Below are positions 9,975 to 19,130 of a DNA stretch of 63,911 nucleotides, piece after piece. The notes under the pieces are model-generated. The model was not told where the DNA came from. It saw only the letters and a program-made list of their open reading frames with translations, and made no database searches. This stretch comes from Hyphomicrobiales bacterium (GTDB lineage: Bacteria; Pseudomonadota; Alphaproteobacteria; Rhizobiales; HXMU1428-3). The stretch is taken from assembly GCA_017640685.1 (NCBI GenBank), contig JAEPQF010000002.1, positions 1-63,911 of the forward strand, in the 5' to 3' direction. The position numbers were made by a program, and so were the translations under genes. Every line of letters starts with the position of its first letter. Position 1 is the stretch's first letter.

Positions 9975-11855
9975 TTAAGAAATTTCACTTTCCAACAAAT
10001 TTGAAAGTTCTCTTAAAGCCAAATCATAATGCTTGATAAAACTTTCCAGAGCTTCTTCCTCACCTTGTGCGGTACTCAAATAGCAGTTGATCACATCCGA
10101 GCGAACCAAATAACCAACACCAATGCACCCAGGCCCAGTTGAACCAAAACCAAAATAAAGGATCGTTGGAGATGGCGCAGAACTGGTACTCAAACTATCC
10201 TGGCGCATCTTAATCCATCCAGGACTTTCAAAAAGCTTCAATGCATTTTCACAATCATCTTTAGAAAGTTTACCACCAAGAATTTTCCCCATAAACCCAC
10301 CAGCAAACAATTCAGGATTGCGGTTATAAATATTTTGCAGCTCCCACAAATGTTGCTCAGGCGCGTGCCCCTGCTGGCACTGTTTCGCACGCTCAACATG
10401 TTTTGTGGCGGCCTCTCTAAAGGCTTTGATTTTTTCATCTTGAGAAGCATTCGAGCTTTCAATAGTTTCAACAAACTTAAAGACCTCAGGCGTCACAGTG
10501 CGCATCGCCTCCGTCCGTCCTCTACAATATTGCCGCGTTGCAATAGATTCATACGTCGCTCCAATAAACCCTTTGGTGCGATAGTGCGCCAACTGCATCG
10601 CACATTGTGCAAACGCATCGGGAGACATCCCTAAAGATTTAATATGTTTCCCCCCCCACTCAGGAAGGTCATAAGTGCGCGTAATCGTCGTTTGTCTTAA
10701 ATTTTTAAAATCTTCCGCAGCTTTAGAGACAATCCCGTCAAGCTCTGACGTCAATTTAAATTCTAGCTTTTGAAATGATGGCGTTCCTTGTGTCTCCGCT
10801 CCCATTTGAGCATCTAAACCATCAAGGTCACAGTCTAATATCGTATCAACAAAATTAAGAATGGTCGTGCCATCTAATCCGCAATGCTCAATATTAATCC
10901 CGGCCATGCCATTTTCAAAAACAATCAATTGCAATGCTGTGTCATACCAACGATTGCCTGAGCCGCCATGCAAAAGATTATCACAAGCCTCAAGCTCACT
11001 TGCTGGAGTAATATCATCGAGGTTAATCGAAAACAGAGCTGTTTCAATCAAATCAAGATTATCTTTATTTTGAAAAGATGCAGATTTTAAAACTTCACGC
11101 GCTTTAGCCCATTCAGCGCGGCGCATCGTGGTCAAATGACCAACAGATTTCTCATCGCGCTCCCCAGCGCTTGCCTCTAAAATAGCAACCATTCCAGCTT
11201 TAATATCAGCATAACTATGAGGCGTCCCATTTTCCGCCACCACATCAAGCACATAAATTTTAGCTCTAGAGAAAACAAGAATATGCCGTGCCGTCGATGG
11301 CCCTGGTTGTGCGTCACTGTAAAAACTACGCAGCGTATCTTGAGGGTCTCCAGGTATACGTGTTGCAGAAAATAAATACTTCACCTGATCCATAGATAAA
11401 GGCGTGTCTTTTAATTTCGCAACCGGTATTTCTTCTTTATCTAATAGGAGCTTGTAATTCAAAGCAGATGCTGCAATTTTCGCAGCTCTCTCAGCCTGAT
11501 TTAACTCTTCATGACGAAACAGGAAAAAGAAGTTCGCATTCAAGGCAATCGGATCTCTGCGGCCTAAATAACGCGATGGCCAAAAAACATCCAACCAACT
11601 TTTCGTATCCTTATGCGCATCAAACTCTTGTAATGCACCATGAAGTTTTTCACCTAAACCGCCATGATTGGTAAATGCCTCAAGCGCTTTTTTTGTTTCA
11701 TTTAATTCGGCTTCACTTAAGAGCGGGCTACACCATTCAATAAATTTTTCTTTTGTAACACTAAGCTCAGGTAACGGAACTTTTGGTAAAGTTTCTTCAT
11801 ATACAAAAGTGCCCTCTTGGCGCTCACCTGCTGTGTTAACTGTTGAATTACTCAT
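9975..11855 (-). CDS. Choline/carnitine O-acyltransferase family protein
   Basis: LPKVPLPEL, NRWYD..LQLIVFENG..G.N.EHCGLDG (catalytic His), SPDAFAQ..QLA, TYESIATR...GRTE, LSTS, GVGY. Confidence 0.92.
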   Translation of the reverse strand: MSNSTVNTAGERQEGTFVYEETLPKVPLPELSVTKEKFIEWCSPLLSEAELNETKKALEAFTNHGGLGEKLHGALQEFDAHKDTKSWLDVFWPSRYLGRRDPIALNANFFFLFRHEELNQAERAAKIAASALNYKLLLDKEEIPVAKLKDTPLSMDQVKYLFSATRIPGDPQDTLRSFYSDAQPGPSTARHILVFSRAKIYVLDVVAENGTPHSYADIKAGMVAILEASAGERDEKSVGHLTTMRRAEWAKAREVLKSASFQNKDNLDLIETALFSINLDDITPASELEACDNLLHGGSGNRWYDTALQLIVFENGMAGINIEHCGLDGTTILNFVDTILDCDLDGLDAQMGAETQGTPSFQKLEFKLTSELDGIVSKAAEDFKNLRQTTITRTYDLPEWGGKHIKSLGMSPDAFAQCAMQLAHYRTKGFIGATYESIATRQYCRGRTEAMRTVTPEVFKFVETIESSNASQDEKIKAFREAATKHVERAKQCQQGHAPEQHLWELQNIYNRNPELFAGGFMGKILGGKLSKDDCENALKLFESPGWIKMRQDSLSTSSAPSPTILYFGFGSTGPGCIGVGYLVRSDVINCYLSTAQGEEEALESFIKHYDLALRELSNLLESEIS

Positions 11856-11945
11856 TCATCTCCCCTATTGATAAATTAAGTTACACATATAAGATTGTTA
11901 TAATCACAGATTAGTTTGACTGTTTTTACCTTAAATGAGGCAAGT

Positions 11946-12821
11946 ATGAAAGAAAACGATCTTTTATTCCTAGAACAATTTACAAACAGTTCTACTTACC
12001 CCCTACTAAATCAAGACAGCCAAAACTATAAAACCCTCATTAAAAATCTTCAAAGTGATCTGAATAAAAAAGGGTGCGCTGTTTTAAAAGGCTTTATTAA
12101 ACCAAAATGGCACGCCCAAATTGAAAATGAAGGCGAACTGGTCGCCCCATTAGCTTATTACAAACAAGAAACAGTCAACGCCTACAACGTGCCTTTAAAT
12201 TCTGATTTGCCAGAAGACCATCCTGCAAAAATTACAATGCAGCGAGAAAATGCATTTGTAGCAAAGGATCTTATTCCTGAAACAGACATCATCCACAGGC
12301 TTTACAATAACGAGCTTTTTTCACGTTTTTTGGCAAACTGTTTTAATTACGAAAAACTCTATCAACTAGCAGACCCACTCGCCGGCCTATGTGTCAATGT
12401 CCTCAATCCTGGATGTTCTCATCCATGGCACTATGACATAAATGAATTCACGGTAAGTCTTCTCACAAAAAAACCAGAAGCAGGTGGGAATTTCAGATAT
12501 AGCCCCGGTATCCGCACCCCTGGAAATGAAAATTTAAGCGAAGTGAAAAACATTCTCTTAAATGGCGACAATCCACACAACCAAGTCACTGATTTATCTC
12601 TTGAAGTGGGTGACCTTCAACTTTTTAAAGGCAGATATTCTCTTCACCAAGTCAGCCCCGTGAAAGGTGAGGAACAACGCCACACTGCCATTTTCGCCTA
12701 CACATTAGAACCAGGCGTCATAGGAGGCGTTGAGCGAACCAAACAACTCTTTGGTCGTGCTCTTGAAGCTCACGAAATAGCTGAAAGAGAAAAAGTACGT
12801 GCTGATGAATTGTTAGATTAA
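11946..12821 (+). CDS. Fe(II)/2-oxoglutarate dioxygenase, BesD/HalD-like fold (HxD hydroxylase type)
   Basis: HPWHYD...VSLL...EAGG.F...GDLQLFKGRYSLH.V.P.....R; start ATG 11946 (GAGG RBS) preferred over 11916. Confidence 0.78.
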   Translation: MKENDLLFLEQFTNSSTYPLLNQDSQNYKTLIKNLQSDLNKKGCAVLKGFIKPKWHAQIENEGELVAPLAYYKQETVNAYNVPLNSDLPEDHPAKITMQRENAFVAKDLIPETDIIHRLYNNELFSRFLANCFNYEKLYQLADPLAGLCVNVLNPGCSHPWHYDINEFTVSLLTKKPEAGGNFRYSPGIRTPGNENLSEVKNILLNGDNPHNQVTDLSLEVGDLQLFKGRYSLHQVSPVKGEEQRHTAIFAYTLEPGVIGGVERTKQLFGRALEAHEIAEREKVRADELLD

Positions 12822-13062
12822 AATCTAATGATATAATATTGAAAAACAAATGAAAGAAACTACATAAACCAAAATAAGCAACGTTCGTATAAAATGCTAA
12901 AACGATAATCACTCAATTTATTGTTACTTGCAAAAGTAAACCCTCTACCCAACCATCAACACAATTATGTGATCTATAAAATATATAAAACTACAGTTCG
13001 CCTATAAAAATGGCAAAATCAAAAAAAAATTCTCTCAAAGCTGTTTCATATTCACAAGGAGC

Positions 13063-13533
13063 ATGAAGTCAATGCCAGTTACCTTAAATATCAACGGAGA
13101 AGATAAAAAGGTAGATGTCGCTGAAGACACCCCTCTTCTCTGGGTCATTCGTGATGAACTCAACTTAACAGGAACAAAATTTGGATGCGGCGTCGCCTCA
13201 TGCGGTGCATGCACTGTGCACATTAATGGAAAGCCTGTTCGTTCATGCCAAACCAATATTCAAGATGTTGAGAAATCCAAGATCACAACAATTGAAGGAC
13301 TTTCGGGTAAAACTTCAAAAGCCGTTCAAGACGCCTGGAGAGAATTAAATGTTGTTCAATGCGGATATTGTCAATCAGGACAAATTATGTCGGCGGTCGG
13401 CTTATTAAGCAAAAACCCCAAACCTACTGATCAAGAGATAGACACAGCCATGCAAGGCAATGCCTGCCGGTGTGCAACCTACCAACGTATCAGAGCAGCC
13501 ATTCACCTAGCTGCAACCAAATTGGAGGCCTAA
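13063..13533 (+). CDS. IorA/CoxS-like 2x[2Fe-2S] small subunit of a molybdoenzyme
   Basis: [34 protein letters not shown]. Confidence 0.93.
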   Translation: MKSMPVTLNINGEDKKVDVAEDTPLLWVIRDELNLTGTKFGCGVASCGACTVHINGKPVRSCQTNIQDVEKSKITTIEGLSGKTSKAVQDAWRELNVVQCGYCQSGQIMSAVGLLSKNPKPTDQEIDTAMQGNACRCATYQRIRAAIHLAATKLEA

Positions 13534-13535
13534 TC

Positions 13536-15737
13536 ATGACAATAGAAACTACCAGAAGAAATCTTCTCAAAGGCGTTGCAGCAACTGGCACAGCACTTTT
13601 CATTGGCTACAACACAAACGGCATTCTAAACCATACCATCGCTAATGCAGCTGAAAATTTAGATGTAACAAGCTTTAATCCATTTGTAAAAATAGCCTCA
13701 GATGGCACCGTAACCGTCATCATAAAACATTTCGAAATGGGGCAAGGCACAACAACAGGCCTCACCACACTTGTCGCTGAAGAATTAGATGCTAATTGGG
13801 AAAACATAAAAATTGAGTTTGCTCCATCTGATAATGAAAAATACAAAAACCTCGCCTTTGGCGCACAAGGTACTGGCGGCTCAACTGCAATCGCCAACTC
13901 TTTTATTCAATATAGAACAGCGGGCGCTGCCGTTCGCACTCTCCTCATAGAAGCAGCTTCCAAAAAATGGAGCATTTCTTCAAAAGAAATTTCCATTGAG
14001 AACGGTTTAATCAAAGCAGGCAATAAATCCGCTCATTTCGGAGAAGTGATTAAAGAAGCTGCAGCTTTACCTCTTCCTGAAAAACCCAACTTAAAAACAC
14101 CTGATCAGTTTAAACTCATCGGCAAAGCAAACATGCCTCGCAAAGATAATGTCGATAAAACTGATGGCACGGCTATGTTTGCTATGGATGTAAAAGTTCC
14201 AAATATGGTCTATGCGGTCATTTTAAGAAGCCCCCGCTTTGGCGGAACACTCGTTAGTTTCCAAACAGATGAAGCAAAAAGGGTCAAAGGTTTCATTGAT
14301 GCAAAACCAATGCCTTCAAAAGATGGCATTGCTGTTTATGCCAGCTCAACATGGGCAGCCATTTCTGCAAAACGAGTGATTGAAGCCAAGTGGGATTACT
14401 CAAAAGCTGAAAACAGATCAACCAAACAAATAGCTGACGCTCATTTAGAGGTTCTGAAAAAAACACCTAATTTCCAAACACGCAAAGGCGGAGATTTTGA
14501 AAAAACAAAACAAGCTATAAGTACATCAGCTAAAAAAGTTGAAGCTGAATTCACACTTCCCTATTTAGCCCATGCTCCAATGGAGCCTTTAAATTGCGTT
14601 ATTGAACCTCATTCAGACGGTGGTATAACTCTACATGATGGTTGTCAATTCCCGGGGATCGTTCATCCAACCTTAGCAAAAATCATCGGCCTGAAACCAG
14701 AGCAAGTCAAAATTAAAACTTACTATGCTGGCGGCTCCTTCGGCAGAAGAGCAACCGCAAAAAGTGATTATGCAGTAGAAGCAGCCTTTGCCTTTAAACT
14801 CTTCGGTGGGAAAAAAGCAGTGAAACTGGTCTGGACCAGAGAAGATGATTTAGCAGGTGGGTATTACCGCCCAATGGCAGCCCACCGGGTTGAAATCGGC
14901 CTTTCAGATAAAGGCGAGATTTCAGCCTGGAACCACCACATCGTCACTCAATCAATCATCAAAGGCACCCCTTTTGAAGGGGCATTGGTGAAAGATGGAG
15001 TTGACCACACCTCTGTTGAAGGCGTAGCAGATGCCGAATATGAAATTCCTGGTTTTTCAGTTGGGCTAACCGACTGGACATCAAAAATACCTGTCCTTTG
15101 GTGGCGTTCTGTTGGCCATTCCCATTCAGCTTATGTCAAAGAAGTCTCTATGGATTTAGCCGCAAAAGCTGCCGGCAAAGACCCTGTTCAATTTCGCTTA
15201 AATTACCTAAAGTCAGATAACAAAGACCAAAAAAGATTGGCCGGTGTTATAAAATTAGCAGCCAAAAAAGCCGATTGGGAAAAACCTCTTCCGAAAGGCT
15301 GGGCCCGCGGCATTGCGGCTCATAAATCTTTCAGCACATATGTCGCTGAAGTGGTTGAGATCTCTTCAACTGATGGAAATATTAAAATCGAACGGGTTGT
15401 TTGCGCAGTTGATTGTGGCCTCGCTGTAAACCCAGATGTCATAAAAGCACAAATGGAAGGTGGCATTGGTTTTGGTCTTGGTGCAATCATGCGCAATCAA
15501 ATCACCTTAGCTGAAGGCGAAGTAGAGCAAGCCAATTTCCCAGATTATGAACCATTGAGAATAAATGATATTGGTAAAATCGAAGTTCATATAACGCCAT
15601 CAGTTGAAGCACCAACTGGTGTTGGTGAACCAGGTGTTCCTCCAGCTGGCCCAGCGCTAGCAAATGCAATCATGGCTCTCAAAGGCACACCTCTTTTAAC
15701 CTTGCCTTTGAATGAAAACGGTGTTGATTTTGCTTAA
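13536..15737 (+). CDS. IorB-like xanthine dehydrogenase-family molybdopterin-binding subunit (Tat signal)
   Basis: TRRNLLKG twin-Arg, EMGQG, TGGST, HAPMEP, GGSFGRR, WWRSVG, GVGEPG; ATG 13536 follows GGAGG. Confidence 0.92.
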   Translation: MTIETTRRNLLKGVAATGTALFIGYNTNGILNHTIANAAENLDVTSFNPFVKIASDGTVTVIIKHFEMGQGTTTGLTTLVAEELDANWENIKIEFAPSDNEKYKNLAFGAQGTGGSTAIANSFIQYRTAGAAVRTLLIEAASKKWSISSKEISIENGLIKAGNKSAHFGEVIKEAAALPLPEKPNLKTPDQFKLIGKANMPRKDNVDKTDGTAMFAMDVKVPNMVYAVILRSPRFGGTLVSFQTDEAKRVKGFIDAKPMPSKDGIAVYASSTWAAISAKRVIEAKWDYSKAENRSTKQIADAHLEVLKKTPNFQTRKGGDFEKTKQAISTSAKKVEAEFTLPYLAHAPMEPLNCVIEPHSDGGITLHDGCQFPGIVHPTLAKIIGLKPEQVKIKTYYAGGSFGRRATAKSDYAVEAAFAFKLFGGKKAVKLVWTREDDLAGGYYRPMAAHRVEIGLSDKGEISAWNHHIVTQSIIKGTPFEGALVKDGVDHTSVEGVADAEYEIPGFSVGLTDWTSKIPVLWWRSVGHSHSAYVKEVSMDLAAKAAGKDPVQFRLNYLKSDNKDQKRLAGVIKLAAKKADWEKPLPKGWARGIAAHKSFSTYVAEVVEISSTDGNIKIERVVCAVDCGLAVNPDVIKAQMEGGIGFGLGAIMRNQITLAEGEVEQANFPDYEPLRINDIGKIEVHITPSVEAPTGVGEPGVPPAGPALANAIMALKGTPLLTLPLNENGVDFA

Positions 15738-15804
15738 AGAACAACAAATACAACTCGAAACACAAAAAAGTCTCTCCCCAGAAACACTGGGGAGAGTGCA
15801 AAAC

Positions 15805-16767
15805 ATGAGCAAATACACATTTGTCGAAAATGTCATTCCACATCTTTTAAATTGGAAACAACAAGGACTAAAAACCACTCTAGTCACTCTCGTTGATCGT
15901 CAAGGGTCATCTCCCCGCCCAATTGGCGCGCAAATGGCCATTAACGAAAATGGAGACGCCGTCGGCCACATCGCAACTGATTGTTTACATGATGCTCTCA
16001 TCCTTGAAGCCCAATCGGTAATGAGTTCAAAACAAAACAAACTCATTCGTTTCGGCAAAGGCTCCCCTTATATAGATCTAAAACTACCCTGCGGCAGTGG
16101 GATCGATTTATATTTTGATCAAGCCCTTTCAAAAGAACACTTAGAAAAAATGCAAACGCTCCTCAGTGATAGAAAAGCATTCACTCTTTCTATGAACATG
16201 TCTGAAGGCAGGTCCGAGATCCAGGAAATAAAAAAAGGAAGCAAGAACGAACGCTCCGCTTCAAATAAGATGATCATGCAGCGAAATTATTTCCCCGAGT
16301 TACAATTACTCATTTTAGGAAATGGGCCAACGGTTATCAATATGGCAACACTCGCCAGAGATGTGAAAATTAAAGTTCAAATCTGTGCATCAGAAACAGA
16401 CCTCCAATCACTAGCACGTTCAAAAGGCTTTGAGACTGTGAGTGACACTGAGCTTAAAAACATAGCCGCAAGTTTTGTTGATGATTTCACTGCAGTTGTT
16501 TTTCTATTTCATGACCATGAAAAAGAACTCCCTCACTATCAACCCATCGTAGAAAAATCACCTTTTTATATTGGAGCTATGGGAAGCCACACAACTCATG
16601 AACAAAGGTTAGAAACTTTAAAATCTCTTGGTTTAAAAAACGAAGCTTTAAAAAAAATCAAAGGCCCAATTGGCATCATCCCCGTTGCTAAAAACCCAGA
16701 CCTATTAGCTTTGTCAGTTATTTCTGAAATAATGAATGAAGCACAAAACAAAGACTTCATATGCTAG
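15805..16767 (+). CDS. xdhC: XdhC/CoxI family molybdenum cofactor chaperone
   Basis: GSSPRPIGAQM, LPCGSG, HDHEKE, FYIGAMGS..TH, IKGPIG; ATG 15805 after GGAGAG. Confidence 0.87.
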   Translation: MSKYTFVENVIPHLLNWKQQGLKTTLVTLVDRQGSSPRPIGAQMAINENGDAVGHIATDCLHDALILEAQSVMSSKQNKLIRFGKGSPYIDLKLPCGSGIDLYFDQALSKEHLEKMQTLLSDRKAFTLSMNMSEGRSEIQEIKKGSKNERSASNKMIMQRNYFPELQLLILGNGPTVINMATLARDVKIKVQICASETDLQSLARSKGFETVSDTELKNIAASFVDDFTAVVFLFHDHEKELPHYQPIVEKSPFYIGAMGSHTTHEQRLETLKSLGLKNEALKKIKGPIGIIPVAKNPDLLALSVISEIMNEAQNKDFIC

Positions 16768-17396
16768 ATGATAGACAAAAATTTACTGCCATTCTGCTCG
16801 CGGCTGGCCAATCATCTCGATTTGAAGATGGAGCAAAGCTCACCCATCTTATAAATGGCAAACCACTCATCGCCTGGACTTTAGCCCCCTTAATAGAAAG
16901 CAAGTTTGAGCAGATCATCATTGTAACAGGAGGGCATGCGAAAGCGATCAACTCAATACTCTCGCCTTTTGAAACTCAGCATAAAAACATAAGAACAATC
17001 CATAATGAAACTTATAACGATGGTATGAGCACTTCTATTGCGAGTGGCATGTCTCTGATCAAATCAAATATCGAAGGTGTTTTTATCTGTTTAGCAGATA
17101 TGCCGATGATCAAAGTAGAAATATTCACGAAACTCTCAAACGCATACGAAGAAGAACGAGACAACCAATCAAACAAAACCATTTTCCGCCCCGCTTATGA
17201 AGGTCAACCAGGCCACCCTGTTCTATTCAGCAAAAAACATTTTTCTAATCTCTCCTCTCTTAATGGAGATAAAGGCGCAAAAGAACTCATCCAACAAAAC
17301 AAAGATGAATTAAAACTTATCTCCGTCAATTCATCAGATATACTGATAGACATCGATAAAAAAGAAGACCTCTATAAATTACAGAGTAAAAAATAA
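16761..17396 (+). CDS. mocA: Molybdenum cofactor cytidylyltransferase (MocA-like)
   Basis: LAAGQSSRF, GMSTSI, LADMP, GHPVLF, GDKGAK, DID; adjacent to xdhC and MCD-type enzyme. Confidence 0.85.
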   Translation: MLDDRQKFTAILLAAGQSSRFEDGAKLTHLINGKPLIAWTLAPLIESKFEQIIIVTGGHAKAINSILSPFETQHKNIRTIHNETYNDGMSTSIASGMSLIKSNIEGVFICLADMPMIKVEIFTKLSNAYEEERDNQSNKTIFRPAYEGQPGHPVLFSKKHFSNLSSLNGDKGAKELIQQNKDELKLISVNSSDILIDIDKKEDLYKLQSKK

Positions 17397-17472
17397 ATTA
17401 GTGATTGCAGCACATATGCTTTGCTTTTAAAAAAACAAAAGCTCTAAGATCAACAAGTCGGATGAAAATAAA

Positions 17473-17820
17473 ATGGCAAAGCTAAATCTCTATGGTTTAA
17501 AAAACTGCGATACCTGTAAAAAAGCGATGAAAGCCTTAGAGCAAAATAATATCGACTTTGAATTTATCGACATCAGAGCAGAAGCAAATCTTAAAAACAA
17601 AGTCCCAGAGTGGCTCAAATCAGTCGGCACTGAAAAACTCCTCAATAAAAGATCAACCACCTGGCGCGCCTTATCAGAAGCTGAGCAAAACGCTGCGTTA
17701 CATGATCAAACAGAAACAACCCTTGAAACAAACCCAACACTTATAAAACGCCCTGTTATAGAAGCTGGGAAAACAACTCATATTGGCTGGACAAAAGACG
17801 TCCAGCAAAACCTGCTTTAA
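17473..17820 (+). CDS. ArsC/Spx/YffB family thioredoxin-fold protein
   Basis: YGLKNCDTCKKA, LLNKRSTTWR, PTLIKRPV. Confidence 0.88.
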   Translation: MAKLNLYGLKNCDTCKKAMKALEQNNIDFEFIDIRAEANLKNKVPEWLKSVGTEKLLNKRSTTWRALSEAEQNAALHDQTETTLETNPTLIKRPVIEAGKTTHIGWTKDVQQNLL

Positions 17821-17833
17821 AAGCCCGAGAAAA

Positions 17834-18259
17834 ATGAAAGTCAAGATCACCAATTCAATCGTGATAGATGAAAATGAATTAATAGAACGCTTTGTCCGCT
17901 CCAGTGGTTCTGGCGGGCAGAATGTGAACAAAGTTGCAACAGCCGTTCAACTTCGCTTCGATGTAAAGAACTCACCTAGCATTCCAGATTATATCCGCAA
18001 CAAAATTTTAAATCTGTCTGATAGTCGTCTCACCAAAGAAGGCACCATAATCATCTTCGCAGACCGCCACCGCACACAAGAACTAAATCGCCGCGATGCC
18101 CGTGAACGTTTGTTCGGTCTTTTAAGAGCGGCAACCAAAATACAAAAGCGCCGTGTTAAAACCAAACCAACACTCACATCTAAAAAAAAGCGATTAGATA
18201 AAAAGGCGAAAAGAAGTAATTTAAAAAAATTGCGAACAGACAAAATTCAAATAGATTGA
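17834..18259 (+). CDS. arfB: Alternative ribosome-rescue peptidyl-tRNA hydrolase ArfB
   Basis: RSSGSGGQNVNKV (GGQ), RTQELNR, basic C-terminal tail; ATG 17834. Confidence 0.93.
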   Translation: MKVKITNSIVIDENELIERFVRSSGSGGQNVNKVATAVQLRFDVKNSPSIPDYIRNKILNLSDSRLTKEGTIIIFADRHRTQELNRRDARERLFGLLRAATKIQKRRVKTKPTLTSKKKRLDKKAKRSNLKKLRTDKIQID

Positions 18260-18829
18260 TTTGCACAAAGACAAACCAAATAAGGTTTTTGGCAACCCCA
18301 ATAACATTTTACCACAAAAACATATCATACTACCTAGAGTTAACCAAAAACATTAACTACAGAAAATTTTATCTCCCCAATTCATTTGTAAAATTCCCAC
18401 AAAATCGATTTTTAACCACGTCCTATATTCATTTTTATAGATTTACTCTTGCGATGCCCCTATGCTTATCCTACAACTTACGTATGAGATTTAAGGGCTT
18501 TTACCGACTATAAAAAACGACAAAACGGTAACATACTCCCTTAACTCCCAACGTTAGTGCCGATTTAGTGAATATCTGATTTTTCAAATCGATTTTTTAC
18601 TACAGAGTGATACGGCATAAACAAGATGAACCGCAGCGGAACAAAGTGCCTATGCTCACTGCGCTCAAACCCCTGAAACACCTGGGGTGATATTCAATCA
18701 TCTAAGGTCGTTTAGACCGGGGGGCTATCTGCAAAATCTAACGAAGCAGATTAATTTAAGTACTAAAAAAGGTCTACCGTCAGTTGAAATCACACTGACC
18801 ATCAGATCATAAAACTTAAAGGGGAAGAA

Positions 18830-19120
18830 ATGACTGATACAAACTCACCCAACACGACCGGAGGCGGTGGCGATAAAAACCAAGCCTACTGGTCAGCAAA
18901 TGTTCGTATGATTATAGTTTCACTCATCATATGGGCTTTTGTCTCATTTGGTTGTGGCATTTTGCTACGCCCATTACTTGCTGACATCAAAGTCGGCGGA
19001 ACCGATCTCGGTTTTTGGTTTGCTCAACAAGGTTCAATCCTTGTATTTCTATTTCTAATCTTTTTCTACGCCTGGCGTATGAATAAACTCGACCGTGAAC
19101 ACGGCGTTGATGAAGAATAG
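18830..19120 (+). CDS. Small two-TM partner of solute:sodium symporter (DUF4212/YjcH-like)
   Basis: YW..N...GFWFAQQGS...Y..RM..LD pattern, directly upstream of the SSS permease. Confidence 0.85.
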   Translation: MTDTNSPNTTGGGGDKNQAYWSANVRMIIVSLIIWAFVSFGCGILLRPLLADIKVGGTDLGFWFAQQGSILVFLFLIFFYAWRMNKLDREHGVDEE

Positions 19121-19130
19121 GAGCTAAAAG

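Noticed and set aside
11946-12821. BesD-type radical halogenase
   Set aside because: The metal motif is HxD (HYD); halogenases have Gly/Ala in place of the Asp.
18256-18513. 85-aa ORF after arfB
   Set aside because: No RBS, non-ATG start, composition typical of AT-rich intergenic DNA.
15772-18688. Similar CCCC-(GAAACAC)-GGGG hairpins at 15772-15796 and 18669-18688 as a repeat family
   Set aside because: Only two short, imperfectly matching instances; chance similarity cannot be excluded.
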